From positions 1 to 53,755 of the forward strand of contig JAJZJB010000001.1 in NCBI GenBank assembly GCA_021810375.1: DNA of 53,755 bases. The letters are read 5' to 3'. The notes under the pieces are model-generated. The model saw only the letters and a program-made list of their open reading frames with translations. It searched no databases and was not told the DNA's origin. Shown one piece after another: positions 27,064-36,349 of this stretch. This DNA comes from Candidatus Micrarchaeota archaeon (GTDB taxonomy: Archaea; Micrarchaeota; Micrarchaeia; Micrarchaeales; CABMGC01). Each line of letters begins with the position of its first letter. Positions within the stretch are counted from its first letter, which is position 1. Made by a program: the position numbers and the translations under genes.

Positions 27064-28035
27064 ATGGTAACCATGAGAAAAGGCTCCCTGGAATTCTGGC
27101 CTCACAGGAGAGCTAAGAGGCAGATGCCAAGAGTGAGGTCTTGGCCTTCAGTAGCTGAGCCTGGCTTCCTCGGATTCGTAGGCGTCAAGGCAGGGATGAC
27201 GCACATAGCCATGGTTGACGACTCAGAGTCTCCTGCAAAAGGTACCGAGATTGTAAGGGCAGTTACAGTAATAGAGATGCCCAGAGTCTACCTCTATGGC
27301 ATTAGGGCATACAGGACTAATTATCTTTACAACCAACCGTTCGCCGAGGCTTATGACACAAACCTTGCAAAACGCGTCGGAATAAACGCAATAAAAAGGA
27401 ATGACCTGCAGGCGCTCAAGGCCAAGGCCGGCGAGTTTAACGATATCCGTGCCTTGCTGTTCGTCGATTATGGGAACCTTGGCACAGGCAACAAACGCAT
27501 AATGCGCTTCGAGACGCCTGTTGGTGGCAAGGACAATGCAGACAAGTTCGGATTCATAGAGAAGTGGATCGGCAAGGAGATAAAGATAGGCGATGTGCTC
27601 AATGTCGGGGATTACATAGATATAACGGCCATAACAAAAGGGAAGGGATGGTCCGGGGTAATAAAGAGATTCGGAGTGGCACGGCAATACAGGAAGGCCA
27701 CAGGAAAGGTGCGCCATGTTGGAGTACTTGGAGCATGGCACCCGGCAAAGGTTCTTTATACAGTCCCTCACGCAGGGCACATGGGTTACAATTATAGGAC
27801 AGAGATAAACAAGAGGATAGTCAAGGTTGGCACAGCTGCGGATGCAGCCACAATAAACGTGAGCGGCGGATTCCCAAATTTCGGCGTTATAAAGAACGAC
27901 TTTATCGTAGTCGATGGTTCAATACCTGGGCCGGCGAAGCGCATGCTCAGGATACGTAAGGCACTTAGGAACAAGGAGAAGGTCAAGGTGCCTCAGGTAA
28001 ACTATGTCTCGGTGGCATCTAAACAGGGCGCATAA
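27064..28035 (+). CDS. rpl3: 50S ribosomal protein L3
   Basis: GSLEFWPHRRA, GVKAGMTHI and TKGKGWSGVIKRFG. Confidence 0.95.
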   Translation: MVTMRKGSLEFWPHRRAKRQMPRVRSWPSVAEPGFLGFVGVKAGMTHIAMVDDSESPAKGTEIVRAVTVIEMPRVYLYGIRAYRTNYLYNQPFAEAYDTNLAKRVGINAIKRNDLQALKAKAGEFNDIRALLFVDYGNLGTGNKRIMRFETPVGGKDNADKFGFIEKWIGKEIKIGDVLNVGDYIDITAITKGKGWSGVIKRFGVARQYRKATGKVRHVGVLGAWHPAKVLYTVPHAGHMGYNYRTEINKRIVKVGTAADAATINVSGGFPNFGVIKNDFIVVDGSIPGPAKRMLRIRKALRNKEKVKVPQVNYVSVASKQGA

Positions 28036-28037
28036 TC

Positions 28038-28847
28038 ATGGATGTAACATTATATCAGCTTGATGGGAAGGGCACGAGGAGCGTTTCGCTGCCTGTGGTA
28101 TTCTCAGGAGAATACCGGGCAGACCTGCTCAGGAGGGCACTGCTTGCAGAGCAGAGCCTTTCGTACCAGCCGCAGGCACATTCAGTGATGGCAGGTATTG
28201 ACACCACTGCAGTATACGTAGGAAAGTACAGCGCCAACTGGAGAAGAGGCAGACACATGGGGCAGGCAATAAGGCCAAGGCAGGCTCTCGGAGGCGGCGC
28301 ACAGGGAGATGTAAGGAGGATACCTTCTGCCACAAAGGGAAGGAGGGCACACCCGCACAAGCTCGAGAGGAAGATCGTGGAGAATATAAACAGGAAGGAA
28401 TACATAAGGGCGCTGGAATCTGCAATAGCCGGATGCGCAAATACCGAGGTAGTAAAGCTCAACCATTCGTTCAAGGGCTCATTGCCTATAGTGATAGAAG
28501 ACGCGATAGAGAAAGTCGCAATGACCAAGGACCTGATCAGGACCCTAGATGCCCTGGGACTTGACGAGGAACTGGAAAGGTCGCACTCGCCATCCAGGAG
28601 AAAGGGGATAAGAAGATCATCGAAGCAGAGGAAGTTCAGGAAGAACGTACTCATAATAGCTGCAAACGCAGGGAAGATAGAAAGAGCAGGAAGGAACATA
28701 CCCGGCCTGGACGTATGCAGCGTATCGTCACTTACTGTAGAGAAGCTTGCACCGGGATCAAACCCCAGGGTCACGATCTGGAGCGAGAGCGCAGTGAAGT
28801 CGATAGAGAAAACGCTCAAGGATGAGAAGATAGGGATAAAGGCTTGA
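28038..28847 (+). CDS. rpl4: 50S ribosomal protein L4
   Basis: Position after L3, plus GRHMGQAIRPRQ.GGG and RRAHPHK. Confidence 0.9.
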   Translation: MDVTLYQLDGKGTRSVSLPVVFSGEYRADLLRRALLAEQSLSYQPQAHSVMAGIDTTAVYVGKYSANWRRGRHMGQAIRPRQALGGGAQGDVRRIPSATKGRRAHPHKLERKIVENINRKEYIRALESAIAGCANTEVVKLNHSFKGSLPIVIEDAIEKVAMTKDLIRTLDALGLDEELERSHSPSRRKGIRRSSKQRKFRKNVLIIAANAGKIERAGRNIPGLDVCSVSSLTVEKLAPGSNPRVTIWSESAVKSIEKTLKDEKIGIKA

Positions 28848-28852
28848 TTTCC

Positions 28853-29104
28853 ATGAATGCGCTCTTGTACCCGATAGCAACGGAAAAGGTTCTTGGCTCT
28901 GTGGATAGGGATAACACCATAGTTTATGTAGTGGATATGAGATCCAACAAGAAGCAGATAAAGGAGGAATTCGAGAAGACTTTCGGAGTCAAGGTTGCAA
29001 GGATAAACACTTCAATAAGCATAAAGAACATAAAGAAGGCTTACATAAGGATAGGCAAGGAGTCTAAGGCAAGCGACATCGCGAGAAGACTGAAGCTGGT
29101 ATGA
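28853..29104 (+). CDS. rpl23: 50S ribosomal protein L23
   Basis: LLYPIATEK...IVYVVDMRSNKKQIKEEFEKTFGVKV. The ORF track starts at the TTG at 28844; the ATG at 28853 is more likely. Confidence 0.9.
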   Translation: MNALLYPIATEKVLGSVDRDNTIVYVVDMRSNKKQIKEEFEKTFGVKVARINTSISIKNIKKAYIRIGKESKASDIARRLKLV

Positions 29105-29114
29105 GTTGATATTA

Positions 29115-29834
29115 ATGGGAAAACCAATTAGAGTGCAACGAAGGGGAAAGGGAAGCCACTCATTCACTACGCCGCCGAACACATTCAAGGCAGATGTTGC
29201 TTTCGGCAGGCCCGTTGAGGAGGGGAAGCAGGTAGGCGAGGTCATAGAGTTCATAGACGACCCGGGACATTCTGCCCCGCTCATGAAGGTGAAATACGAT
29301 GACCTACGGGAAAACATACTGCTTGCACCTGAAGGGATCAGGATAGGGGACAGGATACAGGAAGGCAAAGCAGCAGATGTCTCGCTTGGAAGCATACTGC
29401 AATTAGGCAGCATACCCGATGGGATGCTGATTTACAATATAGAAGTGGTCCCGGGAGACGGGGGCAAGATGGCAAGGGCATCAGGAAGCTATGCCACGGT
29501 CCTTGCCCACGATGGCGACAAGGTAAATGTAATGCTTCCCTCAAAGCGCACGCTTTACATAAGTGCAGCGTGCAGGGCAGAGATAGGAGCCGTCGCTGGA
29601 GGCGGAAAGGAGGCCCAGCCAATACTCAAGGCGGGAAAGCACCATTATATGATGCATGCGGTCAATGGCTATTGGCCGGGACACCGCGGGGTCAAGTCAA
29701 ATCCAGTAGACCATCCATTCGGAGGCAAGCAGCACCACAAGGGCTTCTCCTCGATGGTCTCGCGCCACGCTCCGCCGGGTGCCAAGGTCGGGCATATTGC
29801 TGCTAGCAGAGTAGGAAGAAGGAAGAGAGGATAA
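29115..29834 (+). CDS. rpl2: 50S ribosomal protein L2
   Basis: MGKPIRVQRRGKG and NPVDHPFGGKQHH. Confidence 0.95.
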   Translation: MGKPIRVQRRGKGSHSFTTPPNTFKADVAFGRPVEEGKQVGEVIEFIDDPGHSAPLMKVKYDDLRENILLAPEGIRIGDRIQEGKAADVSLGSILQLGSIPDGMLIYNIEVVPGDGGKMARASGSYATVLAHDGDKVNVMLPSKRTLYISAACRAEIGAVAGGGKEAQPILKAGKHHYMMHAVNGYWPGHRGVKSNPVDHPFGGKQHHKGFSSMVSRHAPPGAKVGHIAASRVGRRKRG

Positions 29835-29835
29835 C

Positions 29836-30228
29836 ATGGCACGAATATTCACTTTTAGAGGAAAGAATCCGGAAGAGTTCAAGGAGATGAAGCTTGAGCA
29901 ATATCTGCCGCTGATAAATTCAAGGCAGAGGCGCGCGGTCAAGCGCATGGGCATGCAGTACAAGGCATTGGTGGCGGAAGTCGATGATGCAAGGAAGAGC
30001 GGAAGCACAGGCCCGATAAGGACAAGAGTCAGGGAAGCAGTCATATTGCCATCATGGATAGGCATGCGCCTTGCAGTGCACAACGGAAAGGAATACAAGG
30101 AGATGGAGATAAGACCAGAGATGCTCGGACACAGGCTCGGAGAATATTCGTTTTCCACAAAACACGTGCAGCATTCTGCTCCTGGTATCAGGGCAACGCG
30201 TGGCAGCAAGTTCCTAGCGGTGAAATGA
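29836..30228 (+). CDS. rps19: 30S ribosomal protein S19
   Basis: FTFRGKNPEEFKEM and GMRLAVHNGKEY. Confidence 0.95.
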   Translation: MARIFTFRGKNPEEFKEMKLEQYLPLINSRQRRAVKRMGMQYKALVAEVDDARKSGSTGPIRTRVREAVILPSWIGMRLAVHNGKEYKEMEIRPEMLGHRLGEYSFSTKHVQHSAPGIRATRGSKFLAVK

Positions 30229-30851
30229 TGAAGTACTCGTTCAACCAAGACAGGGAAGGCTTAGTATTCGCGCAGCGCTACGACATGAACGTGAGCTTCA
30301 AGGACCTTGTTGCTGTATGCGATGCCATTAGGTACCAGAGGGCGGGAAGGGCACTGGACACGCTGGATGGCATAATAACAATGGAAATGCCTGTACTTTA
30401 CAAGAGATATTCAAAACACATGGGCGCAAGGCATGAGCTCGGCGGAAGGAAAGGCAGATATCCGGTAAAAGCGGCAAAGGAAGTGAGGCTTGCGATACTC
30501 AATGCCATAGGCAACGCGAAGAACAAGGGGCTTGACGGGGAAGAGATGCTAATAGTCCATTCCTCTGCGAATAAGACAAGGATCGAGAGGAGATATCCAT
30601 CAAAAGGGAGTATAAGCTGGGGGCGCGGAATGTACGGCAGGGGAGCGATAAACCACAGCGACATAGAGTATGCGAAGTTGGAGATAGCTCTTGGCAATGG
30701 AGATGAGAAAGGAGTCACTGAAAATATGAGATACTTTATAAAGCGGAGAGAGAGGAGGGCAAGTGCTGCGGGAAAGAAGGAACCGAAGGCTGTGAAGCCC
30801 AAGAAGCAGGAAAAGCCAGCCGAGAAGGAAAAGGCAAAGGTAACGGAATGA
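30225..30851 (+). CDS. rpl22: 50S ribosomal protein L22 with a Lys-rich C-terminal extension
   Basis: YDMNVSFKDLVAVCDAIR plus synteny. The ATG overlaps the S19 TGA. The tail reads RRASAAGKKEPKAVKPKKQEKPAEKEKAKVTE. Confidence 0.9.
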   Translation: MMKYSFNQDREGLVFAQRYDMNVSFKDLVAVCDAIRYQRAGRALDTLDGIITMEMPVLYKRYSKHMGARHELGGRKGRYPVKAAKEVRLAILNAIGNAKNKGLDGEEMLIVHSSANKTRIERRYPSKGSISWGRGMYGRGAINHSDIEYAKLEIALGNGDEKGVTENMRYFIKRRERRASAAGKKEPKAVKPKKQEKPAEKEKAKVTE

Positions 30852-30855
30852 TACT

Positions 30856-31509
30856 ATGGTAGTTGAGAGAAAATTCGTAGAGGACTTGATGATCAAATAC
30901 AGGATCTCCAAGTATCTGGAGAAGGAGCTTATGAGGGCGGGATTCTCCAGGGTAGAGATACAGAAGACACCAGTAATAACAAGGATAACTACATACGTAA
31001 CTAACCCAGGGAGAGTCATAGGCAGGGGCGGCGAGACAATTGATGCTATAACCGAGAGCATGAAGAAGCGTTTCAAGGTAGACAATCCCCAGATAAGCGT
31101 TGCAGAGGTCAAGAACCAGAGGCTTGAGCCGAGGCTCGTAGCTCGTTACATAGCGAACTCTCTGGAGAGGGGAATGAATGCAAGGAGATTGCTGCACTCG
31201 ATGATAAAGGAGATAATGAACAATGGCGCCCTAGGGGCCGAAATAGTAGCCACGGGAAAGCTGGCCGCAAAAGGCGCGCGTGCAAAGCAGATGAAAGTCA
31301 GGCTTGGATACCTGCCGAAGGCAGGCAATGTGACAAAACTCGTTGATGAGGCAAAGGTAACGTCGTATCCGAAGTATGGTGCCATAGGCTTGCAGGTCAG
31401 GATAGTCCAGCCTGGCACGGTCTTCCCGCACATGAAGACCAAGAAACTGGAGCTGCCGAAGAGCATCATGGCTGTAGGAAACGAAAGGGACACGCGGATG
31501 CCAAGGTAA
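30856..31509 (+). CDS. rps3: 30S ribosomal protein S3
   Basis: KH domain RVEIQKTPVITRITTYVTNPGRVIGRGGETI plus synteny. Confidence 0.95.
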   Translation: MVVERKFVEDLMIKYRISKYLEKELMRAGFSRVEIQKTPVITRITTYVTNPGRVIGRGGETIDAITESMKKRFKVDNPQISVAEVKNQRLEPRLVARYIANSLERGMNARRLLHSMIKEIMNNGALGAEIVATGKLAAKGARAKQMKVRLGYLPKAGNVTKLVDEAKVTSYPKYGAIGLQVRIVQPGTVFPHMKTKKLELPKSIMAVGNERDTRMPR

Positions 31510-31554
31510 CTACGTTAGAGTTTATATATGAGGAAAGAGAAATAAGTGTATATT

Positions 31555-31755
31555 ATGAAGATAAAGGAATTGAGAGGACTATCTACTGAGGCGCTTCAGG
31601 TCAGGCTAGGCGAGCTTAGGCTTGAGAGCGGAATAGAAAGGAGAAAGATCGCTTCCACAGGAGTAGCAAGCAAGAAAGGGGCAAAGATAAGGGAAGTGAG
31701 GAGGACAATAGCCCAGATCCAGACCTTGCTTAGGGAGAGAGGTGTCGCATCCTAA
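31555..31755 (+). CDS. rpl29: 50S ribosomal protein L29
   Basis: MKIKELRGLSTEALQVRLGELRLE. A TATA-like TTTATATA at 31522-31529 may be an internal promoter. Confidence 0.9.
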   Translation: MKIKELRGLSTEALQVRLGELRLESGIERRKIASTGVASKKGAKIREVRRTIAQIQTLLRERGVAS

Positions 31756-32060
31756 TGCCAGAGATGTGCCCGAAGTGCGGTCTGCCCAAGGAAATCTGCG
31801 TATGCGAAGTCCTTGACAGGGAGACCAATAGGAGAATCAAGATATACAAGGAGAGAAAGAAGTTCAGGAAATACATGACTGTTGTTTCCGGCCTGTCTGG
31901 GGAGGAGATGGAGAGGACAGCAAAGGAGCTGAAGAGGATACTGGCCTGCGGCGGCACATACAAGAACGGCATGATAGAGTTGCAGGGAGACCACAAAGAC
32001 GCAGCTAAGAAGGCCCTGCTCCAGCTCGGATACCAGGAAGACACAATCGACATGTCCTGA
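31755..32060 (+). CDS. Translation initiation factor SUI1 (aIF1)
   Basis: N-terminal zinc knuckle CPKCGLPKEICVCE. SUI1 fold KFRKYMTVVSGL..LACGGTYKNGMIELQGDH. Confidence 0.9.
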   Translation: MPEMCPKCGLPKEICVCEVLDRETNRRIKIYKERKKFRKYMTVVSGLSGEEMERTAKELKRILACGGTYKNGMIELQGDHKDAAKKALLQLGYQEDTIDMS

Positions 32061-32200
32061 TTATCTGTCTGTTCTTTTTCTTGCACCTATGCTGCCCGCA
32101 GAGTGCATGCCAACGGGCAGGACCAGAGCCGCGCAGTGATTTGAAGGTACTATGCAAGGCAAGTGATAAAAGACTGCTATGGCAATCTATTTCTGAGGAA

Positions 32201-34321
32201 ATGAAGATAGAAGAGTTAAGGGACAGGGTCCCTGCAGATTTTATAGAAGCGGCGCTGAGGCAGGGCATAGAGAGGCTCACGCCACCGCAGGAGCTCGCAG
32301 TGGAGAGCGGCCTGCTGGAGGGAAAGAACATCGTAATAGCTGCGCCTACAGCAAGCGGCAAGACACTCATAGCTGAGATGGGCATCATAAAGGCAGTTGT
32401 GAAGGATCATAGGAAAGCAGTGTACATAGCACCTATGCGCGCGCTGGTGAGCGAGAAATATTCCGACTTCAAGAAGCAGTATCCGCACCTGAGGATAGCA
32501 ATGTCGATAGGAGACCTGGACTCGCTGGACCACTGGCTTGCCGAATACGACATCATACTCGCGTCTACGGAGAAGCTGGACAGCCTGATCAGGCACGGGG
32601 CCGACTGGCTTGGAAGCATAGGCTGCATAGTTATTGACGAGGTGCACATGCTGGACGATCCGGGAAGGGGGCCCACGCTCGAAGTCCTAGTCTCCAGGCT
32701 CAGGAGGATATGCAAGAATGCCCAATTCATCGCGCTGAGCGCCACAGTGGGCAATGCCAACGAGATAGCAGACTGGCTTAAGGCAGGGCTCATAGAAAGC
32801 GATTACAGGCCCGTTCTCCTTGAGAAAGGCATCGAGTTTAATTCTCGTGTATATTACAGCGAGAAAGAGGAGGAATTGGAAGGCACGCACAGGATCCCGG
32901 AGATGAGGATAACGCAGGATACGCTGGAGAAAGGGAAACAGATACTCCTTTTCTACAGCACCAAGAGGAACACCGAGTCGGGAGCGGAGAAGCTTGGCGA
33001 CGTTGTACCACGATACCTGAAGGAGAGCGAGAAGGCGGAGTTGAAGGAATTGGCAAACCGGATCCTCCATTCGCTGGACAGGCCGACAGCACAGTGCGAG
33101 AAGCTAGCCAGGGACATTGAGAAAGGCACTGCCTTCCACCACAGCGGGTTGGTGAATGAACAACGCAGGCTTATAGAAGACGCTTTCAGGGCAGGCATGC
33201 TGAAGGCCATATGCTCCACGACAACGCTGGGCCTCGGGGTGAACCTTCCGGCCCACACAGTAGTGGTCAGGGATACCACAAGATACAGCGAGGGTGAAGG
33301 ATCCGAGAGGATAAGCGTAAACGAGGTGACGCAGCTCTTCGGGCGTGCCGGCAGGCCCAAGTACGACAAGTATGGCAGGGCGCTCCTCATCGCTAAATCA
33401 AGGAATGAGATAGAGGATCTCTATAACAGGTACATTTCGGCGCAGCTCGAGCCCGTGGTCTCGAAACTCGGGGTGCTGCCCATATTGAGGACGCATATAT
33501 TGGCATTCGTTGCCACCAAGTTCCTCACTAACGAGGATTCCATATTGGGATTCCTCAGCGAGACACTTTACGGATACCAGTATTCCAGCATGTCGGAGTT
33601 GAGGTCGATAACTAGGGAGGTGCTAACAGAGCTTGCGAACTGGGGGTTCGTTGAGAGGAAGGGTAGTGTGTATAGCACTACAAGGATAGGGGAACGAGTC
33701 AGCGAACTTTACATAGATCCGCTCTCGGCAAGATGGATACTCGACTCGCTCATGAAGGAGCGCGATGACATAGCCAACCTTTTCATGATAACAAATACTG
33801 TGGAGATGAGGCCGTACATGAAGCCCACTGACGATGCTGCGGAGGCATTCATGCACTACCAGTACATGCTGAACAACACTTCCGTCAACTATGATTCCGA
33901 GGAGCTCGTGTTCTATGACCCGATAAAGCCGCTGAGCACTGCGCTTATGCTCCACATGTGGGTAAACGAGATAACAGAGCAGGACCTTACCAAGGCATAC
34001 TCGACAACTCCGGGAGCCATATTTGCAAAGATAACAAATGCGGACTGGCTGCTTTATGCGGCTGCAGAGCTGGGCAAACTTGCCAGGGTGAACACGCGGC
34101 CGTTGCTCGAGCTTAGGATAAGGATGAAGTACGGGATAAAGAAGGAACTTACAGACCTTGTGCGCCTGCAGCAGGTAGGACGCGTGAGGGCAAGGCTGCT
34201 CTACAGCAACGGCATAAGGGGCGTTTCAGACCTCAGGAAGGAGGATTCGCCTGCAATAGTGGAAAGGCTCTTTGGCAAGGAACTCTCGCTCAGGATACTC
34301 GAACAGGTAAAGACCTTGTAG
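32201..34321 (+). CDS. Ski2-like DNA/RNA helicase (Hel308 family)
   Basis: PPQELAV, AAPTASGKT, DEVH, SAT, HHSGL, TTTLGLGVNLPA and GRAGRP. The start is set at the ATG at 32201. Confidence 0.9.
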   Translation: MKIEELRDRVPADFIEAALRQGIERLTPPQELAVESGLLEGKNIVIAAPTASGKTLIAEMGIIKAVVKDHRKAVYIAPMRALVSEKYSDFKKQYPHLRIAMSIGDLDSLDHWLAEYDIILASTEKLDSLIRHGADWLGSIGCIVIDEVHMLDDPGRGPTLEVLVSRLRRICKNAQFIALSATVGNANEIADWLKAGLIESDYRPVLLEKGIEFNSRVYYSEKEEELEGTHRIPEMRITQDTLEKGKQILLFYSTKRNTESGAEKLGDVVPRYLKESEKAELKELANRILHSLDRPTAQCEKLARDIEKGTAFHHSGLVNEQRRLIEDAFRAGMLKAICSTTTLGLGVNLPAHTVVVRDTTRYSEGEGSERISVNEVTQLFGRAGRPKYDKYGRALLIAKSRNEIEDLYNRYISAQLEPVVSKLGVLPILRTHILAFVATKFLTNEDSILGFLSETLYGYQYSSMSELRSITREVLTELANWGFVERKGSVYSTTRIGERVSELYIDPLSARWILDSLMKERDDIANLFMITNTVEMRPYMKPTDDAAEAFMHYQYMLNNTSVNYDSEELVFYDPIKPLSTALMLHMWVNEITEQDLTKAYSTTPGAIFAKITNADWLLYAAAELGKLARVNTRPLLELRIRMKYGIKKELTDLVRLQQVGRVRARLLYSNGIRGVSDLRKEDSPAIVERLFGKELSLRILEQVKTL

Positions 34322-34370
34322 GCAAGTATATGGTTTCTTATTCCTTGCGCTTGGTAGTTAATAGAGGCCC

Positions 34371-34883
34371 ATGGAGCCAGTCGAGAGCATACGAAAAGCC
34401 CAGTCAGCTATGGAATACCTGATGACCTATGGCTGGGCCCTGCTGATAATAACCATAGCTATGGGTGTGCTCTTCTACCTCGACTTCTTCAACGGCGTAG
34501 CAACAGTTCAGTCAACATGCATATCCTCGACAGGGTATTTGTGTACGGGCCTCACCATAAATTCCACAGGCTATGCCATAGTAACCTTAGGGCAGACTGG
34601 AGGATACCCAATCACAGTTACAGGGATTGCATGTACTAATAGCACCACGCCTCCGTCGACGTTTGTCTCGATCTCCGGAGCGATATTGCAGGATACAGGC
34701 ACATCCAAGTTCGTATTCCAATGCCCCGGAGCTGCAGGCCCCATAGGCAAGGCATATAGAGGATACTTATGGATGGTGTATGATACCGAGTCACAATCAG
34801 ATTTAGTAGTAAGAATAGCCACCTTCAGCGCGCAGGTTGTCACCAATGCAGGTATGGGAACGGGATTTGGCTCAAATACATGA
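34371..34883 (+). CDS. Archaeal type IV pilin-like protein (class III signal peptide)
   Basis: ..IRKAQSAMEYLMTYGWALLIITIAMGVLFYL followed by a Cys-containing beta-rich domain; 170 aa. Confidence 0.75.
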   Translation: MEPVESIRKAQSAMEYLMTYGWALLIITIAMGVLFYLDFFNGVATVQSTCISSTGYLCTGLTINSTGYAIVTLGQTGGYPITVTGIACTNSTTPPSTFVSISGAILQDTGTSKFVFQCPGAAGPIGKAYRGYLWMVYDTESQSDLVVRIATFSAQVVTNAGMGTGFGSNT

Positions 34884-35284
34884 GATGTTATCTGTCCAGG
34901 CAGCATAGGCACTTTTACCCGACAACAGTAACTTATACAACGTATGACTGCAGTGGGAATGCCGGAACATAAGGGCCCTGTGTCTCAGGAAACGGTGGTT
35001 CCGGAGGTAGCAATGGCGGGAATGGCGCCAATGGAGATGCTTCTTACGCGCTATGAGGTACAGGTAGCGGCAATGGTGCAGGAGGTGCAGAGTACAGTGG
35101 GGGAAACGGGGGGAGCGTTACTCTGAGCTGGGCAGGTGCAGACTGTCCGATATAGCAGTGCACGCGTTTTCCGACGTTATAGGCATATGGCCAGGTATTT
35201 ACCTCGGTAATTCCCCTATCACCCTCGGAGAGAAAGAATTATAAAAGCAATTGTCGTAGTAATCGCAGGCGATTGGTGATAAGA

Positions 35285-35656
35285 ATGGGAGTTTTCGACA
35301 AGCTTGGGCAGACATTTGGTTCTGCGAAGGAGATAAACGTAGAGGACTATATGAATTCGGTAGAGATGGACGACGTCGACTTGCTGCATGAACCTGCAGA
35401 CATGTACGTTAAGCCTGTTTCTCTGGTAAGCGAGGACGATGTGAAGCCCATAGAAGAGGAGCTGGGGAAGAAGAATATCCTGCTCCTTGACCTGACTGAG
35501 CTTAACAAGAGGCCTACGACAAAGGGCAACATAATATCAGAGCTGAAGAGATATGTCGACAAGATAAACGGCGATATAGGCCAGCTTGATGCAAACAGGA
35601 TACTTGTTACACCTGCAAAGGTAAAGATAGTGAAGAGGAAGAAGGACGGCAAGTAG
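35285..35656 (+). CDS. sepF: Cell division protein SepF (DUF552 family)
   Basis: MGVFDKLG N-terminal amphipathic segment, then KPVSLVSEDDVKPIEEELGKKNILLLDLTEL....ISELKRYVDKINGDIGQLDANRILVTPAKVKI. Confidence 0.7.
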   Translation: MGVFDKLGQTFGSAKEINVEDYMNSVEMDDVDLLHEPADMYVKPVSLVSEDDVKPIEEELGKKNILLLDLTELNKRPTTKGNIISELKRYVDKINGDIGQLDANRILVTPAKVKIVKRKKDGK

Positions 35657-36349
35657 TCATTTCAGAGCTGTTATGAGCGCATGGACCTCCTGCCTGCTAG
35701 GCTGTGCTTTGGATATGGTTCTTTTGAACACGCTCATGACAGCCTTTCTATTCCTTATATTTTTTCCTTTCAGCGTAAGTTCAAAGAGCGAATAGAGGTG
35801 CTCTAGTTCCTTTCTATCCGGTATCTGTTGGCTCATCCCTGGCCTTGGCCTTGAAAAGCTCCTGCTGGTCAGGACATAAAGCATTATTGCAAGCGCGTGG
35901 GATATGTTCAGCACAGGATATGCGGGGTTCGTGCCTATATACGCCACAATATCGCACTTGCCCAGCTCTTCTACCGTGAGTCCTGTATCGTCCCTGCCTA
36001 TGGCAAGACCTATGACCCCATCCTTCCTGATCTTCCTGCCTTGCACTCTTTTTATCGCTTCTTCAAGCATATAGACCTTGTTGAAGTCGGAGCGGGCTTT
36101 CTCCCATATGCCTGTTGTTCCAATGACAAGGTCGCAGTCCCTTATAGACTCGTCGAAAGTCTCATAGACCCGCGCGTGAGCAAGCAGCTCCCGGGCATGC
36201 TTGGCATACATGATCGACTTTGTTCCGGAGAGCTTGGCCCTGGGCTTCACGAAAGAGAGCCTCCTTATGCCGAAGTTCTTTGATACCCGCGCCATGTATC
36301 CCAGGTTTATCTGGTACTTGGGGCTTACCGCTATGACCTTTATGTTCAC
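35657..36349 (-). CDS. SPOUT-class RNA 2'-O-methyltransferase (TrmJ/LasT-like, COG0565)
   Basis: NLGYMARVSKNFGIRRLSFVKPRA, LAIGRDDTGLTVEEL and VLNISHALAIMLY. Confidence 0.75.
   Translation of the reverse strand: MNIKVIAVSPKYQINLGYMARVSKNFGIRRLSFVKPRAKLSGTKSIMYAKHARELLAHARVYETFDESIRDCDLVIGTTGIWEKARSDFNKVYMLEEAIKRVQGRKIRKDGVIGLAIGRDDTGLTVEELGKCDIVAYIGTNPAYPVLNISHALAIMLYVLTSRSFSRPRPGMSQQIPDRKELEHLYSLFELTLKGKNIRNRKAVMSVFKRTISKAQPSRQEVHALITALK

Noticed and set aside
28055-28819. 254-aa ORF antisense to rpl4, together with similar long antisense ORFs at 42576..43460, 18233..19084, 39205..39945, 29697..30248 and 10091..10618
   Set aside because: Each lies entirely opposite a confidently identified conserved gene (L4, DNA ligase, phosphomutase, FtsZ, L2/S19, RtcB). 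Each translates to low-complexity Ser/Leu/Pro-rich sequence with no recognisable motifs. These are shadow ORFs.
34944-35126. 60-aa ORF MTAVGMPEHKGPVSQETVVPEVAMAGMAPMEM...
   Set aside because: It is an alternative frame of the Gly/Asn-rich degenerate region. It has no start context or recognisable features, so it is treated as non-coding. The region itself is reported as a finding.
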